The notes beneath the pieces were generated by a model that was not told the origin of the DNA, searched no databases, and was given only the letters and a program-made list of their open reading frames with translations. Both the position numbers and the translations under genes were made by a program. Positions 1-9,937 of a stretch of DNA of 64,000 bases are shown here, in pieces (within the stretch, counting starts at the first letter, position 1; the number at the start of each line of letters is the position of its first letter). This DNA comes from an uncultured delta proteobacterium (GTDB lineage Bacteria > Desulfobacterota > RBG-13-43-22), in NCBI GenBank assembly GCA_963743305.1, contig CAVUPH010000007.1:160001-224000 (forward strand), read 5' to 3'.

Positions 1-127
1 GGCGCCCCATGAGGAAGCGCTGAAAGAGATTAAAAAGTACGCCGGAATACAGTTCGATCCGTATTTGGTCAGGATGTTTTGTCAGCTTTTTGAACAGCCG
101 AATTCGAATGGAGTGAATCCGTTATGA
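1..127 (+). CDS. HD-GYP domain protein, C-terminal end (partial at window edge)
   Basis: Frame 2 reads APHEEALKEIKKYAGIQFDPYLVRMF...*, matching the typical HD-GYP tail (EA..EI...G.QFDP.LV..F). Its stop overlaps the next ATG (ATGA at 124-127). Confidence 0.7.
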   Translation, partial: APHEEALKEIKKYAGIQFDPYLVRMFCQLFEQPNSNGVNPL

Positions 128-465
128 TTATCAGGAATCTTTTGCACCCCGAGGTCCAGGCCACCCGCTACCGGGCCCACGATGGGGGCGTGGCCCACAT
201 GGTCCTGGACAACCGTCACCTGCAAACGCTTATGTTTCTGGCCCAGGCTGCCGTGCCTTCGGGAGAAAAATTGTCCGGCCACCGGGACCCCATGGAAGAA
301 ATCTATATTATCCAATGCGGGCATGGAAGGATGCAGGTCGGGGAGGAGCGGCAGGAAGTTCAGGCTGGTGATGCCATCCACATTCCCATCGGCCAATATC
401 ATGAACTGATCAATACCGGTCAAGAGGAATTATCCATCTTGGTGGTGGCCGGGCTGATTCCCTAA
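124..465 (+). CDS. Cupin domain protein
   Basis: Cupin motifs H-R-D..EEIYII..G.G and GD.IHIP.G.YH.L.N. Confidence 0.85.
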   Translation: MIIRNLLHPEVQATRYRAHDGGVAHMVLDNRHLQTLMFLAQAAVPSGEKLSGHRDPMEEIYIIQCGHGRMQVGEERQEVQAGDAIHIPIGQYHELINTGQEELSILVVAGLIP

Positions 466-635
466 CAAGGCGGTAGAATTCGGCCCACGTAGGCATTCAA
501 TAATCATTAATAATTAACAGCAGACCGGGCATTCGTCCGGTAGATCGGCGTCGAAAACATAACCGCAAACCTGACAGACATGATAAACGACCCCCCGCTT
601 TTTCATAGATAATTGACCCTCCTGTTTCAATCTCA

Positions 636-664
636 TTGACAGACCCGGCCGATCGGGTTATATT
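636..664 (+). promoter_or_regulatory. Putative sigma70 promoter for the DnaJ-family gene
   Basis: TTGACA (636-641), 17 bp spacer, TATATT (659-664). The spacer contains the short inverted repeat ACCCG...CGGGT. Confidence 0.55.
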
Positions 665-758
665 ATCAGCAATCAAAGGGAAATGAATTTTTTTATTCCG
701 ATCCGACACTTAGGCGTTAAAGAGACCTAGAGTCCCTTGACTGGATAGAAGGAAAGTT

Positions 759-1730
759 ATGCCGGAAAAAGATTATTACAAAGTATTAGGGGTGGAAAAG
801 AAGGCCTCCGAGGAGGCGATTAAGAAGGTCTATCGCAAGCTGGCCATGAAATATCATCCCGACCGCAATAAAGGGGATAAAAAAGCGGAAGAAAAATTTA
901 AGGAAATCAGCGAGGCCTACGCGGTCCTGAGCGACAAGGAAAAGAGAAAACAATACGATACCTATGGGGCCGACGGGTTTCAGCAGCGTTACAGCCAGGA
1001 AGACATCTTTCGCGGGTTCGATTTTAATAATATTTTCAGAGAATTTGGATTCGGCGGCGGTGGCGGAGGTTCTGAAAATATATTTTCAGGTCGGGGACGG
1101 AGCAGCGGCGGGCGCCAGTATCGAACCTATGTCCACCCCGGAGGCGACCGGGCCTATGAGTACGGAGACCCTTTTGGACAATATGGTGGGGGCGCCGGAA
1201 TGCCGCAACAAGGGGCTGACCGTTTATATGAATTGGCCATCACCCTTCAGGAGGCGGCCAAAGGGGGCGAAAAGACCCTCACTTTCCCGTCCAGCAACAA
1301 GATGGAGAAGGTTTCCATCAAAATTCCGGCGGGGATTACCACGGGTAAGAAGTTGCGGATTGCCGCTAAAGGAGAACCAGGGCTATTCAAGGGCCCTCCC
1401 GGAGATCTGTATATCCAGATTAAAGTGTTAGAGGACCCCCTCTTTAAAGTGGAAGGTCATAACCTGGTCGTGGAAAAGACGATCAGTTTTAGTCAGGCGG
1501 CCCTGGGAACCCGGTTGGAGGTCCCTACCTTGGGGGGGAAGGCGTTACAAGTCAAAATTCCTCCGGGAACCCAGCCACAGGCCAAGTTGCGACTTAAAGG
1601 CTACGGGCTCCCCCCTTTCGGCGATAAAATCCAAGGGGACCAGATTGTCAAAATTATCCTGGAAGTCCCTCAGAAACTGACTGACCCTCAGAGAAAAATC
1701 CTTGAAAATCTGGCTAAGGAAGGCCTCTAA
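759..1730 (+). CDS. Type II DnaJ-family co-chaperone (CbpA-like)
   Basis: J domain (DYYKVLGV...HPD), G/F-rich linker and DnaJ C-terminal domain; no CxxCxGxG zinc finger. Confidence 0.9.
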   Translation: MPEKDYYKVLGVEKKASEEAIKKVYRKLAMKYHPDRNKGDKKAEEKFKEISEAYAVLSDKEKRKQYDTYGADGFQQRYSQEDIFRGFDFNNIFREFGFGGGGGGSENIFSGRGRSSGGRQYRTYVHPGGDRAYEYGDPFGQYGGGAGMPQQGADRLYELAITLQEAAKGGEKTLTFPSSNKMEKVSIKIPAGITTGKKLRIAAKGEPGLFKGPPGDLYIQIKVLEDPLFKVEGHNLVVEKTISFSQAALGTRLEVPTLGGKALQVKIPPGTQPQAKLRLKGYGLPPFGDKIQGDQIVKIILEVPQKLTDPQRKILENLAKEGL

Positions 1731-1788
1731 ACTGTCGCATCCGGGTCCTGCTTAACGTTCAAGGACTATCCTTGAGAAAGGCCTGCCG

Positions 1789-1819
1789 CCGTCCCGCCCC
1801 CCCGGCGGGATGGTTTTTT
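1789..1819 (+). terminator. Rho-independent terminator
   Basis: CCGTCCCGCC-loop-GGCGGGATGG followed by TTTTTT, downstream of the DnaJ gene. Confidence 0.7.
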
Positions 1820-1892
1820 AAGGGGCATCTTGAGTCCAGTGCCCGCCTTCTCAGCAGCGGCTTCCATTCTTGAGTACCAATCTTTAAACCCT

Positions 1893-2897
1893 ATGCCTAT
1901 TTTTCAACATTTAGCGATTGACTTGGGCACCACCTATTCGGTGGTTTGGATCCAGTCGTCGAATAACTTTGTCCAGGAGCCGACTTTTGTGGCCTTTAAG
2001 CGCCGGGATCGTCAGCCCCTGGCCATTGGTGGGGAGGCCAAACGGATGTCTGGCCTGACCCCGAACCATATTCAGGTCATCCAGCCTCTCAGGGAGGGGG
2101 TCATCTCGGATTTTGAAGTCTGCAGCGTTTTTTTGCAAACCCTGATTAAGAGGGTTTTATCCAAGCGGAAGGGATTCGTTCGAAATGTTCTGTTTTGTCT
2201 CCCTTGGGGGGCTACGGACGTTGAGATCCGAGCCTATCGGAAGCAGTTGGAGCTCTACCCTTTTTCCCGTATTTTTCTAGTCCGGGAGCCTTTGGCTGCG
2301 GCCTTGGGGGCTGATATCCCCATAGAAAATCCCGACGGAAATATTCTGGTGGACCTGGGCGGCGGGACTACGGAAATAACCACCTTGGCGATAAACGGGA
2401 TCGTCCACTGCAATTCTCTGAAAACCGGAGGAAACAGCATGGACCAGACCATTCAGCATGAAATCGAGCTCAAAAAACAATTTTGCATCGGGTTGACCAC
2501 CGCCGAAAGCATCAAAATAAATCATGGGACCATTGCTCCGCTGATCGAAGATTATTCTTTTGACATCAAAGGCTTTAATCGGCGTAATCTTCTTCCTCGG
2601 AGGATGTCCCTGGGGACCGCCGAGATACGAGACAGCTTGGAGCCCATCGTTCAAAAAATACTCCTGGGCATCAATTCGGCCTTCGAGTCACTGACCCCCG
2701 AACTGGCGGCGGACATTTCCACCAACGGGATCACTCTGGTGGGAGGGGGAGCCTATCTGCGGGGTTGGTCGGAGCGAATCAAGGATCGCTTTAATCTGCC
2801 CGTCCATATTCCCTCCAAACCGCACCTCTGCGTTATTAGAGGCATGCAAAAAATACTTAAAAGGTTTAAGACCTACCGTTTTCTTCTTGAGGAATAG
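1893..2897 (+). CDS. MreB/Mbl-family actin-like protein, divergent
   Basis: AIDLGTT, PLREGVISDF, EPLAAALGA, VDLGGGTTE, GITLVGGGA. Start moved from 1830 to the ATG at 1893. Confidence 0.85.
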   Translation: MPIFQHLAIDLGTTYSVVWIQSSNNFVQEPTFVAFKRRDRQPLAIGGEAKRMSGLTPNHIQVIQPLREGVISDFEVCSVFLQTLIKRVLSKRKGFVRNVLFCLPWGATDVEIRAYRKQLELYPFSRIFLVREPLAAALGADIPIENPDGNILVDLGGGTTEITTLAINGIVHCNSLKTGGNSMDQTIQHEIELKKQFCIGLTTAESIKINHGTIAPLIEDYSFDIKGFNRRNLLPRRMSLGTAEIRDSLEPIVQKILLGINSAFESLTPELAADISTNGITLVGGGAYLRGWSERIKDRFNLPVHIPSKPHLCVIRGMQKILKRFKTYRFLLEE

Positions 2898-2932
2898 CCT
2901 TTCTCCTGCCGAGAATCGAGCGCCTTACCGCT

Positions 2933-3424
2933 TCAGAAGATTTCAAAAGGATATTCGGCCAGGAATCGGTTGTCCAGAAAAAGACGGGCTTTCCAGGGTC
3001 CGATAAACTTGCTTTCGGAGGAAGAGAGGTTCCATAATCTTTTCTTGAAAGACAGCCAGCCCCAGGTTCGGTAATTGATGGTACCTTCGGGAACGGAAAA
3101 TTTAAAACGGGTGGTTTCCTGGATTTTTTGATCCGGGCGGACCCAGTATACCATGAACTGATGGGAGTTTTTGAGGCCGGTCCAGACGGTAACCAGGTAA
3201 ATACGATCACTCATAGAAAAGCGGCTGGATGGCGCGAGATTGGTGAGATCCTTGGTCATCAGGGATTGAAAAGTCGGAGCGGGCGCGGAGTGCAGGGTAT
3301 TCGGGAGGAAAAGGATCAGCAGTGCCGCAATAAGCCACCCGGGCCCCCTATTGGATAGAAGCCGACAGCCCTTGACTTTGAATAATTTCTTTGACGAAAT
3401 AGATGGGTTTGTTTTGAGATTCAT
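2933..3424 (-). CDS. Exported hypothetical protein (DUF2914-like C-terminal beta domain)
   Basis: Hydrophobic signal-like segment, then YRTW...GPWKA.L.LD...LAEYPFEI. True start uncertain, probably near 3340. Confidence 0.55.
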   Translation of the reverse strand: MNLKTNPSISSKKLFKVKGCRLLSNRGPGWLIAALLILFLPNTLHSAPAPTFQSLMTKDLTNLAPSSRFSMSDRIYLVTVWTGLKNSHQFMVYWVRPDQKIQETTRFKFSVPEGTINYRTWGWLSFKKRLWNLSSSESKFIGPWKARLFLDNRFLAEYPFEIF

Positions 3425-4313
3425 GATAGGTGCGGACCTGCAACTCCCCGAGAAGTCCGATGCTTATGAATTGTATTCCTATAAATATCAATAAAATCGC
3501 CAGAAGTAAAATGGGACGGTTGGACAGGGCTATTCCCATGAAAAGCCGCTCAATGGATAAATAACCGGCCAGGATAAATCCGAAGAATCCGGACAGGATT
3601 CCCCAGAGACCGAATACATGGATAGGGCGGGTAGAATAGGTCAGTAAAAATTTTACGGTGATCAGGTCCAGAATAACCCGAACTGTACGGGAAAGTCCGT
3701 ACTTGGAGCGTCCAAATTTTCGGGGGCGATGGTTAACCGGGATTTCGGCGATACTGACGCCCATCCAACTGGCAATGGCCGGAATGAAGCGGTGCATTTC
3801 CCCATAGAGGCGGATATTTTTAGCCACCTCCCGCCGAAAAGCCTTCAGGGTGCAGCCGTAATCGTGTAGTTTTACCCCTGTGACCCAGGAGATCATTTTA
3901 TTGGCCCAATGAGACGGAAGCCGCCTGGTTAAAAAGGGATCTTTTCTCTTCTCACGCCAGCCGCTGACAATGTCATAGCCCTCCTTCATTTTCTCCATCA
4001 GCCGCGGGATATCGGTCGGGTCGTTTTGCAGGTCCCCGTCCAGGGTGACGATGATCTCACCTTCCGCAGAATCAAATCCGGCGGCCATTGCCGCGGTCTG
4101 TCCGAAATTTTTACGAAACCGAATTAACCGAAAATGGGTGAATCGGAGCAGCTCTTTCTTCAAGAGTTCGAAGGTTCCATCTCCGCTTCCGTCATCAATG
4201 GCCACCACTTCGTAAGTCCAGTTCGTTGGCTGGAGGGCCTGGTAAATCTCATCCAGGAGGAAAGGGATGTTTTTGTGTTCGTTGTAGAAAGGGATGACGA
4301 TGGAAAGATCCAC
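3348..4313 (-). CDS. Polyprenol-phosphate glycosyltransferase, GT2 (ArnC/DPM1-like)
   Basis: SIVIPFYNE, DDGS.D, NFGQTAA, DGDLQNDP, HDYGCTLKAFR, plus two C-terminal TM helices. Confidence 0.9.
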   Translation of the reverse strand: MDLSIVIPFYNEHKNIPFLLDEIYQALQPTNWTYEVVAIDDGSGDGTFELLKKELLRFTHFRLIRFRKNFGQTAAMAAGFDSAEGEIIVTLDGDLQNDPTDIPRLMEKMKEGYDIVSGWREKRKDPFLTRRLPSHWANKMISWVTGVKLHDYGCTLKAFRREVAKNIRLYGEMHRFIPAIASWMGVSIAEIPVNHRPRKFGRSKYGLSRTVRVILDLITVKFLLTYSTRPIHVFGLWGILSGFFGFILAGYLSIERLFMGIALSNRPILLLAILLIFIGIQFISIGLLGELQVRTYHESQNKPIYFVKEIIQSQGLSASIQ

Positions 4314-4467
4314 TACCGGTCCTCTTAAGGGTCCATCTGTTGGGCTATACCAGGGAGGGCCTTAGCGCCGGAGCCGCCAGGAAGCCTTCCACAATAAAAT
4401 AGAATGGAATTCCCTATAGTTAAAAGATTTCTTGCATCTTGAAGCAGGGGGCATTAAAAGTCAAGGG

Positions 4468-5016
4468 TTATTTGTTGGCTGACTCTTTCCTATATTTCCA
4501 GGAGGCAAACCAGAGTGGAAAGAGGAGACAGCTTTCCACCAGGAGGACGTAGGCATTTTGAGACCAGAAATCAGGTTGTCTAAAATCCCGGACTGAAGCA
4601 GGGAAGATGGGCAGTGGGGAGGTCTGCGGATTATCTGAAAAAGGCCAGAAAAGAGGAAAACCGATGGGGGGGCGATGGTCTTCCGTAAAGAAGTCCAAAA
4701 TAAGATGGGAACCAATGAGGAGCAGCAGAAGGCTGCTCCACTTTATCCAGGAGGATCCGGTATACCGCAGTCGAAGGATTGATCCAAAACTTAGGGCCAG
4801 AACAACGACCACGATCAGGCTGTGGGAATAAGTTTGGTGAAACCGGCTAGGGTCTCCTAAAAGGAGGCCGGGGATGAAATCCAGGTCCGGCGCCAGGGAA
4901 GCGGCCGCCACCCAGCCGTTTAGAGCCCAAGGCTTAATTGGAAAATCCCGACTTCCGAAGGGCCAAAGATTGAAAAGGGTGAATCCCAGCAGGGTATGGG
5001 CAACTGGCGAAGGCAT
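4468..5016 (-). CDS. Metal-dependent membrane hydrolase (YdjM/DUF457-like)
   Basis: MPSPVAH, PDLD, H..YSHSL, SHLILD, G.PLFWPF. Confidence 0.8.
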   Translation of the reverse strand: MPSPVAHTLLGFTLFNLWPFGSRDFPIKPWALNGWVAAASLAPDLDFIPGLLLGDPSRFHQTYSHSLIVVVVLALSFGSILRLRYTGSSWIKWSSLLLLLIGSHLILDFFTEDHRPPIGFPLFWPFSDNPQTSPLPIFPASVRDFRQPDFWSQNAYVLLVESCLLFPLWFASWKYRKESANK

Positions 5017-5226
5017 GCTAAATCGGCAGGTCCAAGCAGTCAAATAAAACGAATATTTTCACCGGCTACCCTCCATAGCTCCGGGGGGAGCAGGTTACAG
5101 GTTGAAAATTGGTTCAATCCATGGGAATATGGACCCTATATTTTATTCTAACGAATTCTTTAGCCCGATGCAAAGGGGAATTCGTCCCATAATCATATAT
5201 TCGTTCCTCTACCTTCAGACCTGCGA

Positions 5227-6729
5227 ATGACGAAAAAGAAAGCCTCCATGAAGCGCCTCTACTGGCTGGGACTCCTTTTGCTGTTGGGGGCCGGGATTCG
5301 CCTGCTTTATCTGGTATACCCCTACATGGATGCGGACCAGGCTATCAACGGGTTGATGGCCCGCCACGTCCTCCTGGGAGAATTTCCGATATTTTTTTAT
5401 GGGCAGGAATATTGCGGCAGTATTGAGGCCTACCTGGTTTCCACCGTCTTTTTCCTCTTCGGTTCCTCCCGGTTTACCCTCGGGCTGACCGTCGCCCTGC
5501 TCTCCCTTTTTCTGATTTTCTTTATTTATCGGCTCACCGCCCTCCTGCTGGACCGGAAAACCGCCCTGGTGGCCGCGTTGTTGACGGCCTTTCCTTCCTA
5601 TTACTTCGTCTTCCATTCGGTCCTGGCTCGATCGGCCTATATGGAATCTCCGGTCCTGGGGGTATTGCTCTTCATTTCAGCGGGCCACCTCCTCTACGCC
5701 CAAGACCGGCATCCCGTCCAATATTTGTGGCTGGGCCTGCTCGGCGGACTGGGTCTCTGGACCCATTTTTTGTTTGTTTTTTATCTGACTCCGGTCGGCC
5801 TGCTCCTGCTGCTCAAGGAAAAGGTCTTCTGGCGGGACCCCAGGGTTTTGGGGTACCTGTCAGCCGGGCTGCTGCTGGGGGGGTTGCCGCTCTGGGTGTA
5901 CAACACGATCCACCCGCTGGCCACCTGGGTCCAACTGCAGCACAGTCCGATCCATGAACCTTTCACGGACTCGCTGATGGCCTTTTTTTCGATCAGGCTC
6001 CCAGAATTGTTAGGCTTGCGCGACAGCCTGACGAATCACTACCTGATTCCCTATCTATCCCCGGCTACTTACGGGTTCCTACTCGCGGGTTTTCTTTATC
6101 TGGTCGCGATCCGGATCCAGTGGTTCGTGCAAGGTGTCCGTAAGGAGGAAGAATCCGGACAGGGTTTGGATCTTCTCTTGATTTTCATTTTCACCTATCC
6201 CTTGATTTTTTCCCTCAGCGGTTTTGCCGCCAACCATACCACCCGATACCTGGTCCCTCTTTATCCGGCGCTTCCGATTTTATGGGCGGCACTTTTTTTT
6301 CATTCCCAAAGAAAGATCCCGACCCTGTCCTGGCTTTTATTGTTGGTGGTCTTGTGGGGAAACGGGTATGGTCTTTACCGATGGTGTTTGGTTTTTGATC
6401 CGGTCAAGGCCCATAGCTACCTGCAAAAAAGAATGGACGAGCGGTCCTTGTTTGCCTTTCTTCAAAGTCGGGGGCTCCGGGAGGTCTACGTGACCGATTA
6501 CTGGAAGGCCGTGCCGCTGACCTTCGATGCGGAAGAGAAGATCATTTTTGCGCAACCTTACCACGACCGCTTTCCATTTTTCACCCGCCTGGTGGACCGC
6601 TCCCCTCACCCGGCCTTTCTCAACACCGGGAACGAAAGCGTTTTTGAGAAAACCGTGGAGGCTATAGGTGGATCGCACAAAAAGGCGGGGCGGTGGCTTT
6701 ATTATGACTTTGTCCCCCCCCCCCTATGA
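5227..6729 (+). CDS. GT-C (PMT/ArnT-like) membrane glycosyltransferase; N-terminal part of a frameshifted gene spanning 5227-7948
   Basis: Polytopic membrane protein with a DADQAI.GLMA loop motif. The frame breaks at a C11 run (~6714-6724); C10 would read FVPPPYDFLE into the next ORF. Confidence 0.8.
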   Translation: MTKKKASMKRLYWLGLLLLLGAGIRLLYLVYPYMDADQAINGLMARHVLLGEFPIFFYGQEYCGSIEAYLVSTVFFLFGSSRFTLGLTVALLSLFLIFFIYRLTALLLDRKTALVAALLTAFPSYYFVFHSVLARSAYMESPVLGVLLFISAGHLLYAQDRHPVQYLWLGLLGGLGLWTHFLFVFYLTPVGLLLLLKEKVFWRDPRVLGYLSAGLLLGGLPLWVYNTIHPLATWVQLQHSPIHEPFTDSLMAFFSIRLPELLGLRDSLTNHYLIPYLSPATYGFLLAGFLYLVAIRIQWFVQGVRKEEESGQGLDLLLIFIFTYPLIFSLSGFAANHTTRYLVPLYPALPILWAALFFHSQRKIPTLSWLLLLVVLWGNGYGLYRWCLVFDPVKAHSYLQKRMDERSLFAFLQSRGLREVYVTDYWKAVPLTFDAEEKIIFAQPYHDRFPFFTRLVDRSPHPAFLNTGNESVFEKTVEAIGGSHKKAGRWLYYDFVPPPL

Positions 6730-7948
6730 TTTTCTCGAGCTGTCGACGAACGGCTGGCAGGCCGGGCCTGATGGACCGGCGGCCGCCGCTACGTCGGCCT
6801 TTGACCGAGACCTTTCGACCCGCTGGAACCTGGGCGGCCCCATGAAACCCGGAGAGGCGTTCCAACTCGATTTAGGGAAAACCGTTCCAGATGTAAGCCG
6901 AGTCGTCCTGTTTGCCGGGAGCCCCGAAGGGATTCCCCGGGGTCTACGGTTGGAAGTATCCCGGGACGCTAAGAATTTTAAAACGGTAGTGGATATTCCG
7001 GATTATTGGACTTCCCTGGTCTGGTCCGGACCCCACCCCTTCTTCCGGGTGGAAAAAGGGATCACCGAGCTGGTGTTTACCCCTCAAGCCGGCCGTTATC
7101 TTAGAATTACCCAAACGAGGACCGACCCCCAAAATGCCTGGGAGATTGCTGAACTATTGGTTTACCGGGGGATACCCCGAGTCCAAAATGGTCTTCCGGC
7201 GGGTATTCCTCGGCTCTCGGCATTGATCGACCGTTTACGCGCGCTAAAAGAGGAGCGGGTTTTGGCCGATCCTTGGATTCAGGCCCAAGTGGCGTTTGAC
7301 CTGCCGGGTAAGAGAGCTGAACGGGAATCGGACAGGCTTCCGGAAACCGTGGGAGACTGCCTCCCACCCTTTCCGTTTCCGGCGATTATAGCCGGTCGTG
7401 AGCAGTCGAAGGCACTGAGGAATGACCTGGAACAGGTGGCTCCAGGAGTTTATTCGGCAGAAGAAATAAATGACCGGGTCCTCTTTGTCGGACGGAGTTT
7501 TGGAAAAGGTTACCGGAAGCTTCCCACTGCCGGGTGGCAAGTGTCGTCCAATTATAATAGACGAGAAGCCGAAAGGGCCATAGATGGTAAAATAAAGACC
7601 CGTTGGACCAGCGGCCGTCCTCAAGTCCCCGGTATGTTTTTCCGGATCGATCTGGGAAAATCGGAAAAGATCGCCCGAATCCGATTACGACTCGGGGATT
7701 CCTATCGGGATTTTCCCCGAGGCGCGGAGATTCGTTTTTCTTTGGACGGCCTTCGCTGGGGAAAGGCGGCACCTCTAAATATTCCTATTTATTGGACCGG
7801 AGAAAAACTCTTCAAAGATGATCGCAGCGGAGAAACGGACCTGGTTTTTCGAGAAACACCGGCGCGGTTTGTCGAGATCCTCCAAACCGGACAAGATTCC
7901 GTCTATTATTGGTCCATCCACGAATTGGAGCTTTTTGCTCACGAATAG
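6668..7948 (+). CDS. Tandem F5/8 type C (discoidin/CBM32-like) domains; C-terminal part of the GT-C gene
   Basis: Two repeats: AFDRDLSTRW...FQLDLG...RYLRI...WEIAEL and AIDGKIKTRW...FRIDLG...RFVEI...WSIHEL. Confidence 0.8.
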   Translation: MDRTKRRGGGFIMTLSPPPYDFLELSTNGWQAGPDGPAAAATSAFDRDLSTRWNLGGPMKPGEAFQLDLGKTVPDVSRVVLFAGSPEGIPRGLRLEVSRDAKNFKTVVDIPDYWTSLVWSGPHPFFRVEKGITELVFTPQAGRYLRITQTRTDPQNAWEIAELLVYRGIPRVQNGLPAGIPRLSALIDRLRALKEERVLADPWIQAQVAFDLPGKRAERESDRLPETVGDCLPPFPFPAIIAGREQSKALRNDLEQVAPGVYSAEEINDRVLFVGRSFGKGYRKLPTAGWQVSSNYNRREAERAIDGKIKTRWTSGRPQVPGMFFRIDLGKSEKIARIRLRLGDSYRDFPRGAEIRFSLDGLRWGKAAPLNIPIYWTGEKLFKDDRSGETDLVFRETPARFVEILQTGQDSVYYWSIHELELFAHE

Positions 7949-7976
7949 GGGAGGGGCCGATCCGGCTCCTCTTCGC

Positions 7977-9926
7977 TCAGGGGTGAAGAACCCGGTAGAC
8001 TATGGCCTCATTCGTCAGTTTTATCGGAGCAAAGAGTTGGGGATTCCGGGAGAAAAGGGCCAGGATTTGTTCTCTTTCCGGTTGGGGGTAATAGGCCAGG
8101 TGGACGATGACGTAACGAACCCCCAATTGATGGATGCGTCTCAAAGTCAATTCAGAAGGAAAACCTTTTAATTCTTCCCGGTAAAGACGAGTATACCCCG
8201 GCGGTATGAAGCCGCTGTACCCGTTCACCAGTTTCTTCCAGTGATAGGTGGAAAAGTAGACGTAAGGGGCGTCCCGAAAAACATCTTCCGGACGCGTGGG
8301 CAGGGGTATTTCCAGGATAGCGAAATCGTCCGGTTGCTGAGCCAACCAGGTATACACCTGGGGGAAGTCGCGACCTACCGGAACGGAAGGCATGGAGATG
8401 GGAAAGGAGGCGTACTCAATCAGCACCAGGAGGGCGAACCCGGAGCCCAGCAACGACCGTTTCCAGGAGGATTGAATTTTGCCCAGGAGCCAGGCCAACC
8501 CATAGCCGGCAAAGACGCTGACCGCCAGGTCCATCATGACTACGAAACGGGCGGGGACCCGTATACCATCAAACCCCGGCACCCACTCATATAACAGCAA
8601 GTAAGGGCCATAGGCGATTTCCACGCCATTGAAGTGGATTATCGGGCCCAGGGCCAGGAGAAAGGAAAGGACGAGCAGGGTAAGATAAAATCGCGGCTCC
8701 GCGGACCCAAACCGGGGAAGCAGGGTCCCTATCTTTTTCCGAAGTGACCGGTCGAGCAGGATTAAGCAGGTCAGCAAAGACAAAAGGGTCATCACCGGGA
8801 TTTTGAGGTCCCGGAAATGGAGCTCCAGGCTTCCGAGGGACAGGGAAAAACCCCCAGTCAGCAGGAAAGAGACGATCCAGATTCCACAAAAAAGGATCAA
8901 GAATCGCAGGAGGCGGATTAGTGCGCTGACCGTCTTGATGAGAGTCAGGAGCCTTGGCGAGAAGGGCTCCGGAGTAGTCTTCCATCGCACCAGGGATCTT
9001 ATCCCGGCCAGGGACATTATCAAGGCGACCAAGCCCATGAAGAGACCGCCTTCCGGTTTCATGAAACCCGCCAATAGCTTTCCCCAGAGGCGGTTTTGAA
9101 CGGGGGTGGATAGAAAGGATACGAAATCGGCTGAGAAAAAGACCGCTTCGCCGAAGGGGCGGATAAAACCAAAGTCCTTTTTTAATTTCAGGTAGGGGAG
9201 ATAGACCGGGAGGATTATCAAAAACGAGAATAAAAAAAACAGGCTGAAATGGCCCGTCAAGCGATAGCGGTCTTCCCAACTTTCCCGCAAGGCCAGGACC
9301 ATGAAAACAACCACGAAAAGGGTCAGGAATAACCCGTAATAGCCGCAGGAATAGAAGGTCAAGATATAAAAAAAGGCCGCCCCGAAAAGAACCCGATACG
9401 AAAAAGACTTCACCGTTTTATGTAAAAACAGGAAAGTCAGGGGCAGCCACTGGGCGGACAATAATTGCAGATGGGCAATGTGGGCGATGCGCCAGGGAAA
9501 AAAGGAAAACAGCAGGCCTGAAAAAAAAGCGGCCTGCCCGTTGCGGGTTAAATACCAAACCAGGAAATACATACCTAGGGCCGTCAGGACAAAACTGATC
9601 AAGACGGAAACGTTGAAGGTCACCAGGGGATCATTAAAAGCCCATTGAATGGGGACCGCGGTTAAGGCCTCCCCCAGCAGGTGCTCCGAATAGGCCAGGG
9701 TGTTTTTATCAGGGAAAAAAATGTTGGCATCAAAGAGGGAGCCCCAGCCCCCCCCGGTGATTTTTCGAACCCCCCAGGCGAGGATCCAGGTATTTAGAAA
9801 AGAATCGACAAAGTCTCCGATAATGGCCACCTTCATTCGAAAAATGGCCGGGTAGGTCATAATCAGAGTGAGAACGGAATAGAGAAACAGCGCCAGAAAA
9901 TGTGGATAAGACCGCCGCAGGGCCAT
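7977..9926 (-). CDS. Polytopic membrane protein, putative GT-C glycosyltransferase
   Basis: GD..D..LNTW.LAW, FDANIFFP...LAYSEH, RVPARF and LVNGYSG motifs; about 12 hydrophobic segments. Confidence 0.65.
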   Translation of the reverse strand: MALRRSYPHFLALFLYSVLTLIMTYPAIFRMKVAIIGDFVDSFLNTWILAWGVRKITGGGWGSLFDANIFFPDKNTLAYSEHLLGEALTAVPIQWAFNDPLVTFNVSVLISFVLTALGMYFLVWYLTRNGQAAFFSGLLFSFFPWRIAHIAHLQLLSAQWLPLTFLFLHKTVKSFSYRVLFGAAFFYILTFYSCGYYGLFLTLFVVVFMVLALRESWEDRYRLTGHFSLFFLFSFLIILPVYLPYLKLKKDFGFIRPFGEAVFFSADFVSFLSTPVQNRLWGKLLAGFMKPEGGLFMGLVALIMSLAGIRSLVRWKTTPEPFSPRLLTLIKTVSALIRLLRFLILFCGIWIVSFLLTGGFSLSLGSLELHFRDLKIPVMTLLSLLTCLILLDRSLRKKIGTLLPRFGSAEPRFYLTLLVLSFLLALGPIIHFNGVEIAYGPYLLLYEWVPGFDGIRVPARFVVMMDLAVSVFAGYGLAWLLGKIQSSWKRSLLGSGFALLVLIEYASFPISMPSVPVGRDFPQVYTWLAQQPDDFAILEIPLPTRPEDVFRDAPYVYFSTYHWKKLVNGYSGFIPPGYTRLYREELKGFPSELTLRRIHQLGVRYVIVHLAYYPQPEREQILALFSRNPQLFAPIKLTNEAIVYRVLHP

Positions 9927-9937
9927 GGAGGAAGGGG

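Noticed and set aside
5055-5110. Imperfect hairpin upstream of the YdjM-like gene as a riboswitch or ncRNA
   Set aside because: It matches no riboswitch consensus I recognise, has a single copy, and pairs weakly.
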